A stretch of DNA of 64,000 nt from the NCBI GenBank assembly GCA_958296245.1, contig OY282458.1, positions 926,440 through 990,439 on the forward strand, written 5' to 3'. Source of the DNA: an uncultured Dehalococcoidia bacterium (GTDB lineage: Bacteria; Chloroflexota; Dehalococcoidia; Lucifugimonadales; G958296245). This document shows positions 27,103-36,171 of this stretch, one piece after another; the first letter of the stretch is position 1, and each line of letters begins with the position of its first letter. The position numbers and the translations under genes are program-made. The notes below the pieces were generated by a model. The model ran no database searches and was not told where the DNA came from. It worked only from the letters and a program-made list of their open reading frames with translations.

Positions 27103-27571
27103 GCTTCTCTGCGCTGACGCTGCGCCCGCCAGACCTCTCTGAAAAGGCGCGGCAAGTTGCCCCCGGCGCGCTGTTTACGTCGTCTTTGGAGGCCCCCCGT
27201 GTCATCAGGCCGTCTGCCAGCGCCGGCATGGGGTCTCGAAGCCTAGGGGACTTTGGGTAGAGAAAGCGTTCTGCCAGCCGCAGCGCGCGTCGTCCGGCCT
27301 GTTGCCCTTCAATCGCGGCGGGGTCTCCGTACACTTGCGCGACGTCGTTCTGAAGTGCCAAGAATCAGCGACCTCCAATAGAAACTGCCTCTCCAAAAGG
27401 ATAACGGCGGCGCACGCCATTGGTCAACGTGAACTCCCGCGTCGAGGGCAGGCATCCCTTCCATCGCGGCGGTATGCGGCCCCCGCCGGCGCTAACGCTC
27501 GGCGCTTGGCGATTGCGCCCATGGGTGGCGTTAAATACAATGGGGGCCTATGTCTTGGCAGGAGGCTATGA

Positions 27572-29626
27572 TTGGCAACTTCCCGTACCGAACGCCTGCG
27601 TAACGTAGTTCTGCTCGCCCACAGCGGCGCCGGCAAGACGATGCTGGCCGAGGCGATGCTGGCCGAGGCGGGCGTGACCACTCGATTGGGCAGCATCGAG
27701 GACGGCACCACCGTCTCGGACTATGAGCCGGAGGAGCAGCGCCGCCAGTCCAGCATCCAGACTTCCATACTGTCCTGCCCGTGGCGGGACCACAAGATCA
27801 ACATCATCGACACGCCCGGGTACGCCGACTTCAGGGGCGAGGCTATCTCGGGGACCTGGGTCGCCGACAGCGCGATCGTCGTGGTCGCCGGCCAAACGGG
27901 CGTGGAGGTGGGCACCAAGCAGATGTGGGGTCTGGCCGACGATCACCGCATGGCGCGCTTCATCTTCATTAGCAAGATGGATCGCGAGAACGCCGACTTC
28001 CAACGGGCCATGAGCTCCATAAACGAAGCCTTCGGCAGGAAGTGCGTCCCAATCCAGATCCCCATTGGCGCCGAGGCCGCCTTCGAGGGGGCCATCGACA
28101 TCATGGACCCCGACGCCGACGTGCCGGCCGGGATGGAAGACGAGGTGGAAGAAGCGAGGGAGCGCCTCACTGAGGCTATCGCCGAGTCCGACGACGACCT
28201 GGCTACGAAATATCTGGAGGGGGAGCCGCTCACCCAGGAAGAGCTCACCAGAGGGCTGAGGGCCGGTGTGATCTCCGGGAAGACCGTCCCCGTTCTGGTC
28301 GGCTCTTCCCCTGCACAGATCAGCTCGCGGGTCGTCCTCGACGCAGTTATAGACCTGCTGCCGTCACCCGCCGAGGCGTCACCCGCCGCTGCCACCGACG
28401 GCGACGGCAATCTCCTCTCCCTGACCAGCGACAGCACCGGGCCCCTGGCTGCGCTCGTCTTCAAGACCTCCGCTGACACGTTCGTCGGCAAGCTCTCTTA
28501 CTTCAAGGTATTCAGCGGCGTCTTCAAGGCCGACTCCCAGACGTGGAACGCCAGTAGGGGAGAGGCGGAGCGCATCGGGCAGGTCTTCACGCTGCTGGGC
28601 AAGTCACAGGATAGCGTCAGCGAGCTGGCCTCCGGAGACATCGGCGCCGTGGCCAAGCTGTCGGTCACGACCAGCAGCGACACACTCTGTCTGCGCGAGC
28701 GCCCGCTCACCCTCACCCGCCCCGTCTACCCCAATCCTGTCTTCGAGATGGCCGTCTTCCCCAAGTCGAAGGCGGACGTGGATAAGCTGTCCTCCGCTGT
28801 GGCCCGCATAAGCGAAGAGGACCCCAGCCTTGCGGTAACCAGGCAGCCTGACACCCTCGAGATGATTTTGGGCGGCTTGGGGGACACCCACGTTGAGGTC
28901 GCCGTAGAGAAAGCGCAGCGCAAGTTCGGTGTCGAGATCCTGCTTCGGACGCCGAAGGTACCCTACAAGGAGACCATCTCCGCCGGCAGCAGGGTCGAAT
29001 ACCGGCACAAGAAGCAGTCCGGCGGCCACGGCCAGTTTGCCCACGTATTCCTTGAGCTCGAACCCCTGGAGAGGGGCGCCGGCTTCACGTTCGACGAGCG
29101 CGTGGTCGGCGGCAACGTGCCGCGCGAGTACATCCCTTCGGTCCAGAAGGGCGTCGAGAAGGCCAAGGTGGACGGCACTCTGGCGGGGTTCCCCATCGTG
29201 GACTTCAAGGCCACGCTCTACGACGGGAGCTCCCACCCAGTGGATTCGTCGGGGGTTTCATTCGAGATCGCGGGCAGCCACGCCCTTTCCAAGGGGATCC
29301 AGGCGGCGTCACCCATATTATTGGAGCCGATCATGAAGGCGGCGATAACGGCTCCCGACTCCGACACCGGCGACGTCATGGGCGACCTGAACAGCAAGCG
29401 GGCGCGGATATTGGGCATGAACCCGAACGGGGACGGCACGACGACCGTCGACGTGGAGGTGCCCCAAGCCGAGATGCTGCGCTACGCTACCGACCTGCGT
29501 TCCCAGACCCAGGGTCAGGGGTCCTTCACCATCGAGTTCGACCACTATGACGCTGTGCCGGGCCACCTGATGCAGCGCGTCATAGAGTCCTTGGAGGAGC
29601 TTGAAGGGGAGGGATCTCACGCCTGA
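27572..29626 (+). CDS. elongation factor G family GTPase (EF-G paralogue)
   Basis: TTG 27572 with GGAGG 27561-27565. G1 AHSGAGKTML, G3 IIDTPGYADF, NKMD-like SKMD, domains II-V recognisable (..GQGSFTIEFDHYD..). Confidence 0.9.
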   Translation: MATSRTERLRNVVLLAHSGAGKTMLAEAMLAEAGVTTRLGSIEDGTTVSDYEPEEQRRQSSIQTSILSCPWRDHKINIIDTPGYADFRGEAISGTWVADSAIVVVAGQTGVEVGTKQMWGLADDHRMARFIFISKMDRENADFQRAMSSINEAFGRKCVPIQIPIGAEAAFEGAIDIMDPDADVPAGMEDEVEEARERLTEAIAESDDDLATKYLEGEPLTQEELTRGLRAGVISGKTVPVLVGSSPAQISSRVVLDAVIDLLPSPAEASPAAATDGDGNLLSLTSDSTGPLAALVFKTSADTFVGKLSYFKVFSGVFKADSQTWNASRGEAERIGQVFTLLGKSQDSVSELASGDIGAVAKLSVTTSSDTLCLRERPLTLTRPVYPNPVFEMAVFPKSKADVDKLSSAVARISEEDPSLAVTRQPDTLEMILGGLGDTHVEVAVEKAQRKFGVEILLRTPKVPYKETISAGSRVEYRHKKQSGGHGQFAHVFLELEPLERGAGFTFDERVVGGNVPREYIPSVQKGVEKAKVDGTLAGFPIVDFKATLYDGSSHPVDSSGVSFEIAGSHALSKGIQAASPILLEPIMKAAITAPDSDTGDVMGDLNSKRARILGMNPNGDGTTTVDVEVPQAEMLRYATDLRSQTQGQGSFTIEFDHYDAVPGHLMQRVIESLEELEGEGSHA

Positions 29627-29772
29627 TCCGGCCCGGCGGGCTGCCGAATTACAGGGCAGAGGAGCAACCCCATACACCTGGAGTCTGAGGGTGTCCCTCA
29701 GATAACTTCGCCCCATTCCTAACCGGGAAGGGGCGCCTCATGGAAACTGGAGCGCTTTCCCCCGGCAGCCTG

Positions 29773-30762
29773 CTAAGACCTGACCAGGTCGCGCACGGCT
29801 TCCATGAACGAGGGCAGTACCTTGCTCCAGTCCCCGACCACGCCAAAGGACGCCTCCTTGAAGATGTTGGCGTCGGCGTCCTTGTTGATCGCGACGATTC
29901 GCTTGGCGCCGGAGCAGCCGGCCATGTGCTGGCTCGCCCCCGAGATCCCCACGGTCACGTAGAGGTCGGGCCTGATGGTAGCCCCGGTCAGCCCGATCTG
30001 GTAGCTGTGGTCAACCCAGCCGGCGTCGCACGCCGCCCGAGAAGCGCCTACCGCCCCTCCGAGCAGCCCCGCCAACTCTTCCAGCATCGCAAAGGGCTCA
30101 GGGCCCCTCAGACCGCGGCCGCCTGAAACCACGACCGAGGCCCCGTCGAGCCGCATCCGTTCGCTCTCCTTCCGCACCGTTTCGACGTGCCTGACCTTGC
30201 GAATGGACTCGTCCAGTTCGACCTCGATGGCCTCGGCCTCCTCAGCCACTCCCTCCCCGGCTCCCGGGACGCTGCCGCGCTCGACGGCCCCGGGCCGCAT
30301 TATGACCACTTGCGGGTTGCTGCTGCCAAAGGTGACCTTCGCCATGGCGGTCCCACCGTAAACCGGTCTCGTCGCTACGATTCGCCCTGTCTGCCCGCCG
30401 GCCTCCACGGCAACGCTGTCTTGGGCCGCCCCGACACCGAGTCGGAACGCCACGCACGGGCCAACGTCGCGCCCTATAGCCGTCTTACCCAGCAGCAACA
30501 CACGGGGCTGTACCCGCCGGCATACTTGCTCCAAGGCAGATACCAGCATGTCAACGGACTCGCCGGCCAGCAACGGGTGCTGCACCGTGTAGACCTTGTC
30601 CACGCCCAGCGGCGCCGTTTGCGCCTCCAATCCGGTCAGGTCGCCGCCCATGAGGACCACCGCAACGCGGCCGCCAACCCCGCGGGCCGCGGCGATCAGG
30701 TCCGCTGTGATGGGGGCGATCTTCCCCCCGGCGTGCTCGCCGAACGCCAAGACGTCGACCAT
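29773..30762 (-). CDS. etfA: electron transfer flavoprotein subunit alpha
   Basis: ORF trimmed to ATG 30762 (one-base overlap with the etfB TGA, reads TGATG). ...VVSGGRGL..., ...GASRAACDAGW....QIGLTGATIRPDLYVTVGISGASQHMAG.... Confidence 0.9.
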   Translation of the reverse strand: MVDVLAFGEHAGGKIAPITADLIAAARGVGGRVAVVLMGGDLTGLEAQTAPLGVDKVYTVQHPLLAGESVDMLVSALEQVCRRVQPRVLLLGKTAIGRDVGPCVAFRLGVGAAQDSVAVEAGGQTGRIVATRPVYGGTAMAKVTFGSSNPQVVIMRPGAVERGSVPGAGEGVAEEAEAIEVELDESIRKVRHVETVRKESERMRLDGASVVVSGGRGLRGPEPFAMLEELAGLLGGAVGASRAACDAGWVDHSYQIGLTGATIRPDLYVTVGISGASQHMAGCSGAKRIVAINKDADANIFKEASFGVVGDWSKVLPSFMEAVRDLVRS

Positions 30763-31622
30763 CAGATGAGCTTCTCTTCCCTGAGCCGGAGAGCCAGGAG
30801 ACGTCCGGAGTCGGCGTCGTCCTCGCCTTGGATAACCTCGCATTGCCTATCGCGCACCGGCAGGAACAGGTCCATAATCCGGATCCTGCGTTCGAGCCGG
30901 GCACGGTCGATCCCCAGATCGTCCGCACTCCAGACAGTCGGCTGCTTGCGGCCGGCGGTCATGATCCCTCTGAGCGTAGGATAACGCGGCTCTCCCAACT
31001 CGTTGCTTACCGTAACCAAAGCGGGCATGTCCGCTTCCACGACCTCGTATCCGCCGCTCAACACCCGCTCCGCCACCACAACCCCGCCGTTGATCTCGAC
31101 CTTCTGGGCGACGGTGATGCATGGGATGCCAAGAAGCTCGGCAATGCCCAGCGGCGCTTGGGCGTTGTCCCAGTCCGACGCCTGCCTCCCACAGAGGACG
31201 AGGTCGAATTCGCCGATTCTCTTCAAAGCCTCGGATAGGACAAGGGCCGTCCCGTAGGAGTCCAAGTCGTCGAAGGTCTCGTCCTGCAACAGCACGAGGT
31301 CATCGGCGCCCATGGATAGAGGCTTCTTGACGACGTCCGCCGCGAATGCGCTGCCCAGCGACAGCACGGTAATCCTGCCGCCGGCAGCGTCCTTGATGCG
31401 CAACGCCGCCTCGACGGCGTTCTCGTCGAAGCCGTTGAGGACGGAGGAGACCCCTGGGCTGTCGGCTATCCGCTTCCCGCCGTCGTCGATGCGGAAGGCG
31501 GAAGGCGGCGCCTCCGGGTCCGGGACCTGCTTTACACAGACGATTATGTTAGCTACGGCATCCCTCCGTACCGCCACTCCGTGAGGCGTTGGGAATATAG
31601 CATCAGGCCCCTGGAGCGTCAA
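30762..31622 (-). CDS. etfB: electron transfer flavoprotein subunit beta
   Basis: NIIVCVKQVPD..., ...DLVLCGRQASDWD.... The N-terminus is uncertain (TTG 31622 or GTG 31577). Confidence 0.85.
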   Translation of the reverse strand: MTLQGPDAIFPTPHGVAVRRDAVANIIVCVKQVPDPEAPPSAFRIDDGGKRIADSPGVSSVLNGFDENAVEAALRIKDAAGGRITVLSLGSAFAADVVKKPLSMGADDLVLLQDETFDDLDSYGTALVLSEALKRIGEFDLVLCGRQASDWDNAQAPLGIAELLGIPCITVAQKVEINGGVVVAERVLSGGYEVVEADMPALVTVSNELGEPRYPTLRGIMTAGRKQPTVWSADDLGIDRARLERRIRIMDLFLPVRDRQCEVIQGEDDADSGRLLALRLREEKLI

Positions 31623-31638
31623 CGATTCCCAGACCAGG

Positions 31639-31829
31639 GTAACTGCTCAGACTTCGTGAGGTCTTTTCGACTTGCGTAGTCCCGGTAAAGAAGGCGGCTT
31701 TGATCCCCAACCCGCCCGCCCCTTGGTAACTGGGAGCGCAGGCGTCTCGCCTGCATACCAGACCCCCTTGCCAGAAGGGAGGACCTCTTGTACTTCCTTC
31801 TTCGGGTCTCACAGAGTCTGAACAGTTTC
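31639..31829 (+). mobile_element. MITE-like non-coding element, full-length copy A (about 190 bp)
   Basis: Ends GTAACTGCTCAGACTTCGTGAG ... CTCACAGAGTCTGAACAGTT form about 22-bp imperfect terminal inverted repeats. It is collinear along its full length with copy 35998-36171 (shared TTTTCGACT, CCCGCCCGCCCCTTGGTAACTGGG, TGCCAGA, CGGGTCTCACAGAGTCTGAACAGTT). Confidence 0.65.
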
Positions 31830-31884
31830 AGACCCAGGCGACTGTCCGGCCTTGATGAGATGAACGCGATACCTCCCCAAGATT

Positions 31885-31921
31885 GTCATTCCGAACGCAG
31901 AAGCCATCGGAGTGAGGAATC
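31885..31921 (+). repeat. copy of the short GTCATTCCGAACGC...GAGGAATC interspersed repeat
   Basis: GTCATTCCGAACGCAGAAGCCATCGGAGTGAGGAATC is nearly identical to the reverse complement of 4830-4866. The downstream ATTCTCGCCAAGGCTGAACAGTT (31962-31984) also matches the reverse complement of 1593-1616. Confidence 0.7.
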
Positions 31922-32083
31922 CCAAGGCCTACCATTGTTGGAGGCCCATTCCTCGGCGCCCCTGCATTCTCGCCAAGGCTGAACAGTTGCAGACTGGGCG
32001 GCGGCGGGGGCTGCCGCAGACGGAATTAAGGGGCTGGTATCGCCCCAACTTCGAAATCGACATATAAAGAGGCGTACGGTGCA

Positions 32084-32112
32084 TTGACATCGTACGATAT
32101 ATTTCTTATACA
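32084..32112 (+). promoter_or_regulatory. candidate sigma-70-type promoter
   Basis: TTGACA (32084-32089), 17-nt spacer, TATACA (32107-32112; TACAAT 2 nt further), in a locally AT-rich patch upstream of the 32285 gene. Confidence 0.35.
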
Positions 32113-32284
32113 ATGGCTACCCTCGGGGGTAGTTTTCGGGGAGTCATCGTTCAGCATATTCGGAGTCGGCGCCCACTCTCGGCTCGCGGGGCGCAATCCC
32201 GCGATTTGGGCGCCAGGCTCTCTCCTTGCAAAACTCCCACCAAACAACATCGGGCAGCGCTTTGCCGCTGAATAGGAGGATCGT

Positions 32285-32755
32285 ATGGTCACGGCCGTCG
32301 AATCGGGACCGCAGTCTGACACCATCTTTGGCGCCGCCGCCGTCGCGGCAGCAGAACCCTCACACCGTACCGGCTCGCCGCTTGCCTGCGAGAGGTGCGG
32401 CACGAGGCTGGTTCTGGGGTACGATGAGCCGGAGTGCATCACTTGCGGGTGGAGTGACTACAGCAAGGCGAGCACGAAACAGCGGAGCGTCAACGTGTTC
32501 AGCGCGGCGACCCGTTACATACTGCGGTACGTCGGGGACTTTCCTACGCTGGCCCACACCTTGGTCCACGTGAGGCTCGTGAGGGCGCGAAATCGGTCCG
32601 TCTTCACTGTCGCGTGCCCCTTCTGCCGGAAGCAGATGGACGAGTCGTCGCTGTCAGGCAGGAGGCCGGACCTCCGCGAGCAACGCTACAGATGCATCGA
32701 CGGACATAGGATTTCCTTGGTGCCGATCAAGGGCGGCCTCTTCGGCTGGCGATAG
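32285..32755 (+). CDS. hypothetical zinc-ribbon protein
   Basis: ATG 32285 with AGGAGG 6 nt upstream. CERCG-x13-CITCG and CPFC-x21-C-x3-H Cys/His pairs; no other recognisable family motifs. Confidence 0.6.
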   Translation: MVTAVESGPQSDTIFGAAAVAAAEPSHRTGSPLACERCGTRLVLGYDEPECITCGWSDYSKASTKQRSVNVFSAATRYILRYVGDFPTLAHTLVHVRLVRARNRSVFTVACPFCRKQMDESSLSGRRPDLREQRYRCIDGHRISLVPIKGGLFGWR

Positions 32756-32811
32756 TTGACCCTGGGGTCCCGGGCAGGGTGACGCTACAGTTACTCCGGC
32801 TCTGAGGCTCG

Positions 32812-33678
32812 ATGACAACAGTAGTAGAGAAGCGCTGTCAGAGCGGGGACTCGCTCCTCGTCATCTGCGACTTCTCGCCGCCGCGCGGCTCCGATCCAGC
32901 CCTCTTGGAGCCGGCCCTCCACGTCGGGGCCGATTTCATCTCCGTCGCCTACAACCCGGGGAGGTCGGCGCGCGTCAGTTCCCCGCTCGCGGCACACTGG
33001 GTCCGCGAGCGCTCTGGCCGGGATGTGGTGTTCACCCTGGCCACCCGCGACGTGAACAAGGTCGCGGCGCAGAGCCTCCTCATGGGCGCGTCCCTGCTGG
33101 GTCTCGAGAACCTCGTCGTCGTCAAGGGTGACGGCTTCACGGAAAGCGATCTCGGAGGGGTGAAGTCGGTGGACGACTTCACCCCCACCGGGCTAATGAG
33201 GGCCACCACCGAGATGGGCGAGGGCATTGATTTCAGAGGACGCAAGCTCCGCAGCCTGTCCAGGTTCTGCGTGGGGGCGGCAATCGACTTGGGCAAGGGA
33301 CCCAAGCGAGAGATGGCCCTGGCGCGAAGGAAGGTCGAGGCGGGCGCGGAGTTCTTCTTGCTCCAGGCCCTGTTCGAGCCGGCCCGCCTGCGGCGCTTCC
33401 TCGACGACTACGCCGAGCGCTACGGCCACCCTCTTGAGCAGCCCATCTTCTGCGGCGTGCAGGTCCCGGCCCCCGACGGCCTGTCGTTCGGCGCCGTTCC
33501 CGAGTGGGTGGGCAACGACCTAGAGAAAGGCAGGCCCGGCGAGCAGATCGCCCTCCAGCTAATCTACGAGTACAGGGATGCGGGCTTCAACTCGATCTAC
33601 CTGGTGCCCCCCGTATTTCGAGGCGGCAGGCGCGACTACGAGGCGGCGCAGCGCGTCCTAGAGGACCTGGAGCGATAA
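32812..33678 (+). CDS. methylenetetrahydrofolate reductase family protein
   Basis: ICDFSPPRG, DFISVAYNPGRSARVSS, VFTLATRDVNK, GLENLVVVKGD parallel the MetF pattern (FFPPR.., FVSVTYGA.., HLTC.., ALRGD). Confidence 0.65.
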   Translation: MTTVVEKRCQSGDSLLVICDFSPPRGSDPALLEPALHVGADFISVAYNPGRSARVSSPLAAHWVRERSGRDVVFTLATRDVNKVAAQSLLMGASLLGLENLVVVKGDGFTESDLGGVKSVDDFTPTGLMRATTEMGEGIDFRGRKLRSLSRFCVGAAIDLGKGPKREMALARRKVEAGAEFFLLQALFEPARLRRFLDDYAERYGHPLEQPIFCGVQVPAPDGLSFGAVPEWVGNDLEKGRPGEQIALQLIYEYRDAGFNSIYLVPPVFRGGRRDYEAAQRVLEDLER

Positions 33679-33714
33679 CACGTCCTGAAATCAGGTAGAG
33701 TTGAGGCGGGTATC

Positions 33715-33925
33715 ATGGCAAAGAGCGGGCCGGGCAAGAGTTACCGCAAGGCATCACGCTGATAAAAGGTCGTCGAGCGATTCGACACCGAGCAAGCAGC
33801 CGAAGCGTAGCTCATAGAGCAACGTTGTCCTAACGGCGTAGTCCGCCCTCACTGTGGCAGTGGCGTTGCAACCATCGCCAACCGCAAGCCACAACCTTTC
33901 CGTTGCCGTGATTGCCGCAAAAGAC
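33715..33925 (+). pseudogene. remnant of an IS1595-family transposase N-terminal zinc-ribbon region
   Basis: MAKSGPGKSYRKGITLI.. then, after a frameshift, ..VVERFDTEQAAEA(TAG)LIEQRCPNGVVRPHCGSGVATIANRKPQPFRCRDCRKR. This matches the RWPNG..CPHCGS...YRC..C motif of IS1595 transposases but has a premature stop, a frameshift and no catalytic domain. Confidence 0.6.
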
Positions 33926-34121
33926 TGAAACAGTTACACTCGGCAGCTAGACACTCTCTACCCGCCAATCATCAGTGGGAGTACCCCCAAGCCGCATAGG
34001 ACGGGCCGGTGTATCGCTGCTCGGACTGCCACGTGAGGTTCACTACCCGGACACCCGGCGCGACGGGCGCTGTGAAGCGCGTCACACAGCCGTTACGGTT
34101 CGCGTCTAGGGGGTTGTCAAT

Positions 34122-34484
34122 ATGGGAACGTTCAAGGCGCGCCTCGGAGTAAGCAACGGGAACGGCTGCCCTGCCGAGTTCGTCGAAGCAATGGTAGACA
34201 CTGGCGCGGTCTACACCATGCTTCCCGAATCCCTGTTGCGCGAGCACGTGGGCATAAGGCCCAAGCGGTACATGGAGTTTGGCTTCGCAGACGGTAGTAA
34301 GAAGTCCCTACCGGTTGGGGAAGCCCGCTTCATGGCAGCCGGTGAAGATGCAATGAGCTTAGTGATTTTTGGGGCGGAAGGCCAGTACCTACTCGGAGCT
34401 ACTACATTGCAGGAATTGGGCCTGATAGCCGACACTACCAATCATCGGCTCATACCTGCCCCGCCGTCTTTCTTCACTATCTAG
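34122..34484 (+). CDS. retropepsin-like (clan AA) aspartyl protease family protein
   Basis: 120 aa, AMVDTGAVYTMLP (DTG active-site motif), later LLGATTLQELGL, as in small bacterial retropepsin-like proteins. Confidence 0.7.
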   Translation: MGTFKARLGVSNGNGCPAEFVEAMVDTGAVYTMLPESLLREHVGIRPKRYMEFGFADGSKKSLPVGEARFMAAGEDAMSLVIFGAEGQYLLGATTLQELGLIADTTNHRLIPAPPSFFTI

Positions 34485-34531
34485 CAGGTGCGTACCGTGA
34501 GCGGCTTGCCCCCATCTCCAACTCACCACCC

Positions 34532-35197
34532 CTAGGCGCTCTCCGCTGCCCAAGACCAGAGCGACGCTAGGCTGACGCCTGCGAGGGTATCGACCCGCAC
34601 GTCGGCTCCGCCGATGGGCAGGCCGCGGGTCATGGGGTTGGGTACGGCTACGCAGAAGAGGCCGGCAGCCGTGGCCGCCGCGATGCCGTTGGGCGAGTCC
34701 TCGACGGCCACGGTACGGGCCGGTACGGTGCTCAGGGCCTCTACGGACTTCGTGTAGACCTCCGGGTCGGGCTTGGTGGACGACACGTCCTCGCGGCATA
34801 GGACCGAGTCGAACCTTTCCAGGAGCCCGACTCTCGCCAGGTGCCCCGTCACCCATTGGCGGGAAGAGCTGGAAGCGACCCCAACGGGTATCCCCTGCTC
34901 GCCGGCCTCACACAGCAGGCCGAGCACGCCCGGCAGCACCGGGCTCGCTTCCACCATCTCCACGTGGCGCCGCCGCCGCGCGGCCCGTATGGCGTCGCGG
35001 TCCAGGGGCCTCCCAACCTCCGTTTCCAGGAGTCCGTAGACGTCGAATAAGCCGGAGCCGCGGCCGATGAACTGCGACCACAGCGACCTGTCGAGACGCG
35101 CCCCGTGGGAGTGGAAGACCTCCTCCCATGCTTGGAAGTCGGAGGTCTCCGTGTCGATGATGACGCCGTCGAAGTCGAAGACCAGCGCCTCTATCAT
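34532..35197 (-). CDS. HAD-superfamily hydrolase (beta-phosphoglucomutase-like subfamily IA)
   Basis: ORF trimmed to ATG 35197: MIEALVFDFDGVIIDTE (DxDG motif), ..GVASSS.., ..KPDPEVY.., ..VAVEDSPNGIAAA... Confidence 0.8.
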   Translation of the reverse strand: MIEALVFDFDGVIIDTETSDFQAWEEVFHSHGARLDRSLWSQFIGRGSGLFDVYGLLETEVGRPLDRDAIRAARRRRHVEMVEASPVLPGVLGLLCEAGEQGIPVGVASSSSRQWVTGHLARVGLLERFDSVLCREDVSSTKPDPEVYTKSVEALSTVPARTVAVEDSPNGIAAATAAGLFCVAVPNPMTRGLPIGGADVRVDTLAGVSLASLWSWAAESA

Positions 35198-35255
35198 CGC
35201 CGAACCTGAGCAGGCGGTTCTCGATTCTGTCCAGTTCGGTGGGTGCTGGGCGTAG

Positions 35256-35882
35256 TCAGGCCGTCTCTCGCCGCGACAGGTCGAGCGCAGCCGATTCACG
35301 TGCAGGCGCTAACTCGAAGTCGGGCCTGGAGGGCTCCATGTAGGTAACGGCTTCGTAGAAGTCATCCAGTGCAACGAAAACGCCGTTCTCCTCCGCCCAA
35401 GAACGCATTCGCTGGTTGCAGGAATGCGCCCATGACAGGATCTCCACACGCCAGCCCCGCTTGTGCATCCGCTCCAAGGTGCTGTGGAAGCCCGCGCCTT
35501 CAAGGTATCCCGCGCCGTCGCCGGTCAGCAATACTACTGTGCCAGGGTTCCCATTGTGGTCCAGAGCATCTTCCAGCATGCGCAGTTGCAACACGCGGTC
35601 GGGCATATTCTGTTCGCCACGCTCCGGGTCGCCGCGATCGAACAACCTGACTTCTATACCACTGCTCTCCATGCGGTTCCACAACTGGCGCATTTCCGGC
35701 GGCACTGAACCGGCAGCAATCGCTTTTTCCACCGGCCGGTCGGCACGAGCCAGACGCAGCATGTTGTCGAAGTTGACGCGTACACGATAGCGCGCACCGG
35801 GACCTTCGCTTCGCTCCTCCGCAAGACGCTGAGCCTCATAAAAGATGTTAGAGTTGTCCCAGTAGATGAAGACGCTATCCAT
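35256..35882 (-). CDS. NYN-domain (LabA/DUF88-like, PIN-fold) protein
   Basis: Start set at ATG 35882: MDSVFIYWDNSNIFYEA..., ..VVLLTGDGAGY.., ..RGWRVEILSW... The upstream part of ORF 35256-36095 runs into the MITE copy and is not credible. Confidence 0.65.
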   Translation of the reverse strand: MDSVFIYWDNSNIFYEAQRLAEERSEGPGARYRVRVNFDNMLRLARADRPVEKAIAAGSVPPEMRQLWNRMESSGIEVRLFDRGDPERGEQNMPDRVLQLRMLEDALDHNGNPGTVVLLTGDGAGYLEGAGFHSTLERMHKRGWRVEILSWAHSCNQRMRSWAEENGVFVALDDFYEAVTYMEPSRPDFELAPARESAALDLSRRETA

Positions 35883-35997
35883 TCCAAATGGCCTCACGAT
35901 CCATATTCGGCGCTCGTTGGGCAAGTACGTTAAGGCGAACGAGGGCTCAACCCAGTGTAGCATTTCAACGCAGGGGTTGCTCTCAGTTTCTCTGTCG

Positions 35998-36171
35998 GTA
36001 ACTGTTCGGAGTTCGTGAGGTCCTTTTCGACTGGCATAGCCCCGATAAGAGCAGACGTCTTTGACCCCCGCCCGCCCCTTGGTAACTGGGGGCACAGCCC
36101 CCAGACTCCCTGCCAGAGGTGAGAACCTCTCTGGACTTCCCCCTCGGGTCTCACAGAGTCTGAACAGTTAC
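35998..36171 (+). mobile_element. MITE-like non-coding element, full-length copy B (about 174 bp)
   Basis: GTAACTGTTCGGAGTTCGTGAG ... CTCACAGAGTCTGAACAGTTAC terminal inverted repeats. The right end supplies or overlaps the TAA stop (36168-36170) of the B12-binding subunit gene. Confidence 0.65.

Noticed and set aside
27086-27361. 91-aa minus-strand ORF (TTG start, GGAGG 10 nt upstream) overlapping the start of the propeller gene by 17 nt
   Set aside because: It has no recognisable motif, only moderate codon bias and a non-ATG start. It is left unresolved rather than called, and could be a small upstream gene.
33972-34247. 91-aa minus-strand ORF overlapping the start of the retropepsin-like gene
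   Set aside because: It is antisense to a gene with a DTG active-site motif and a good SD, and has no features of its own.
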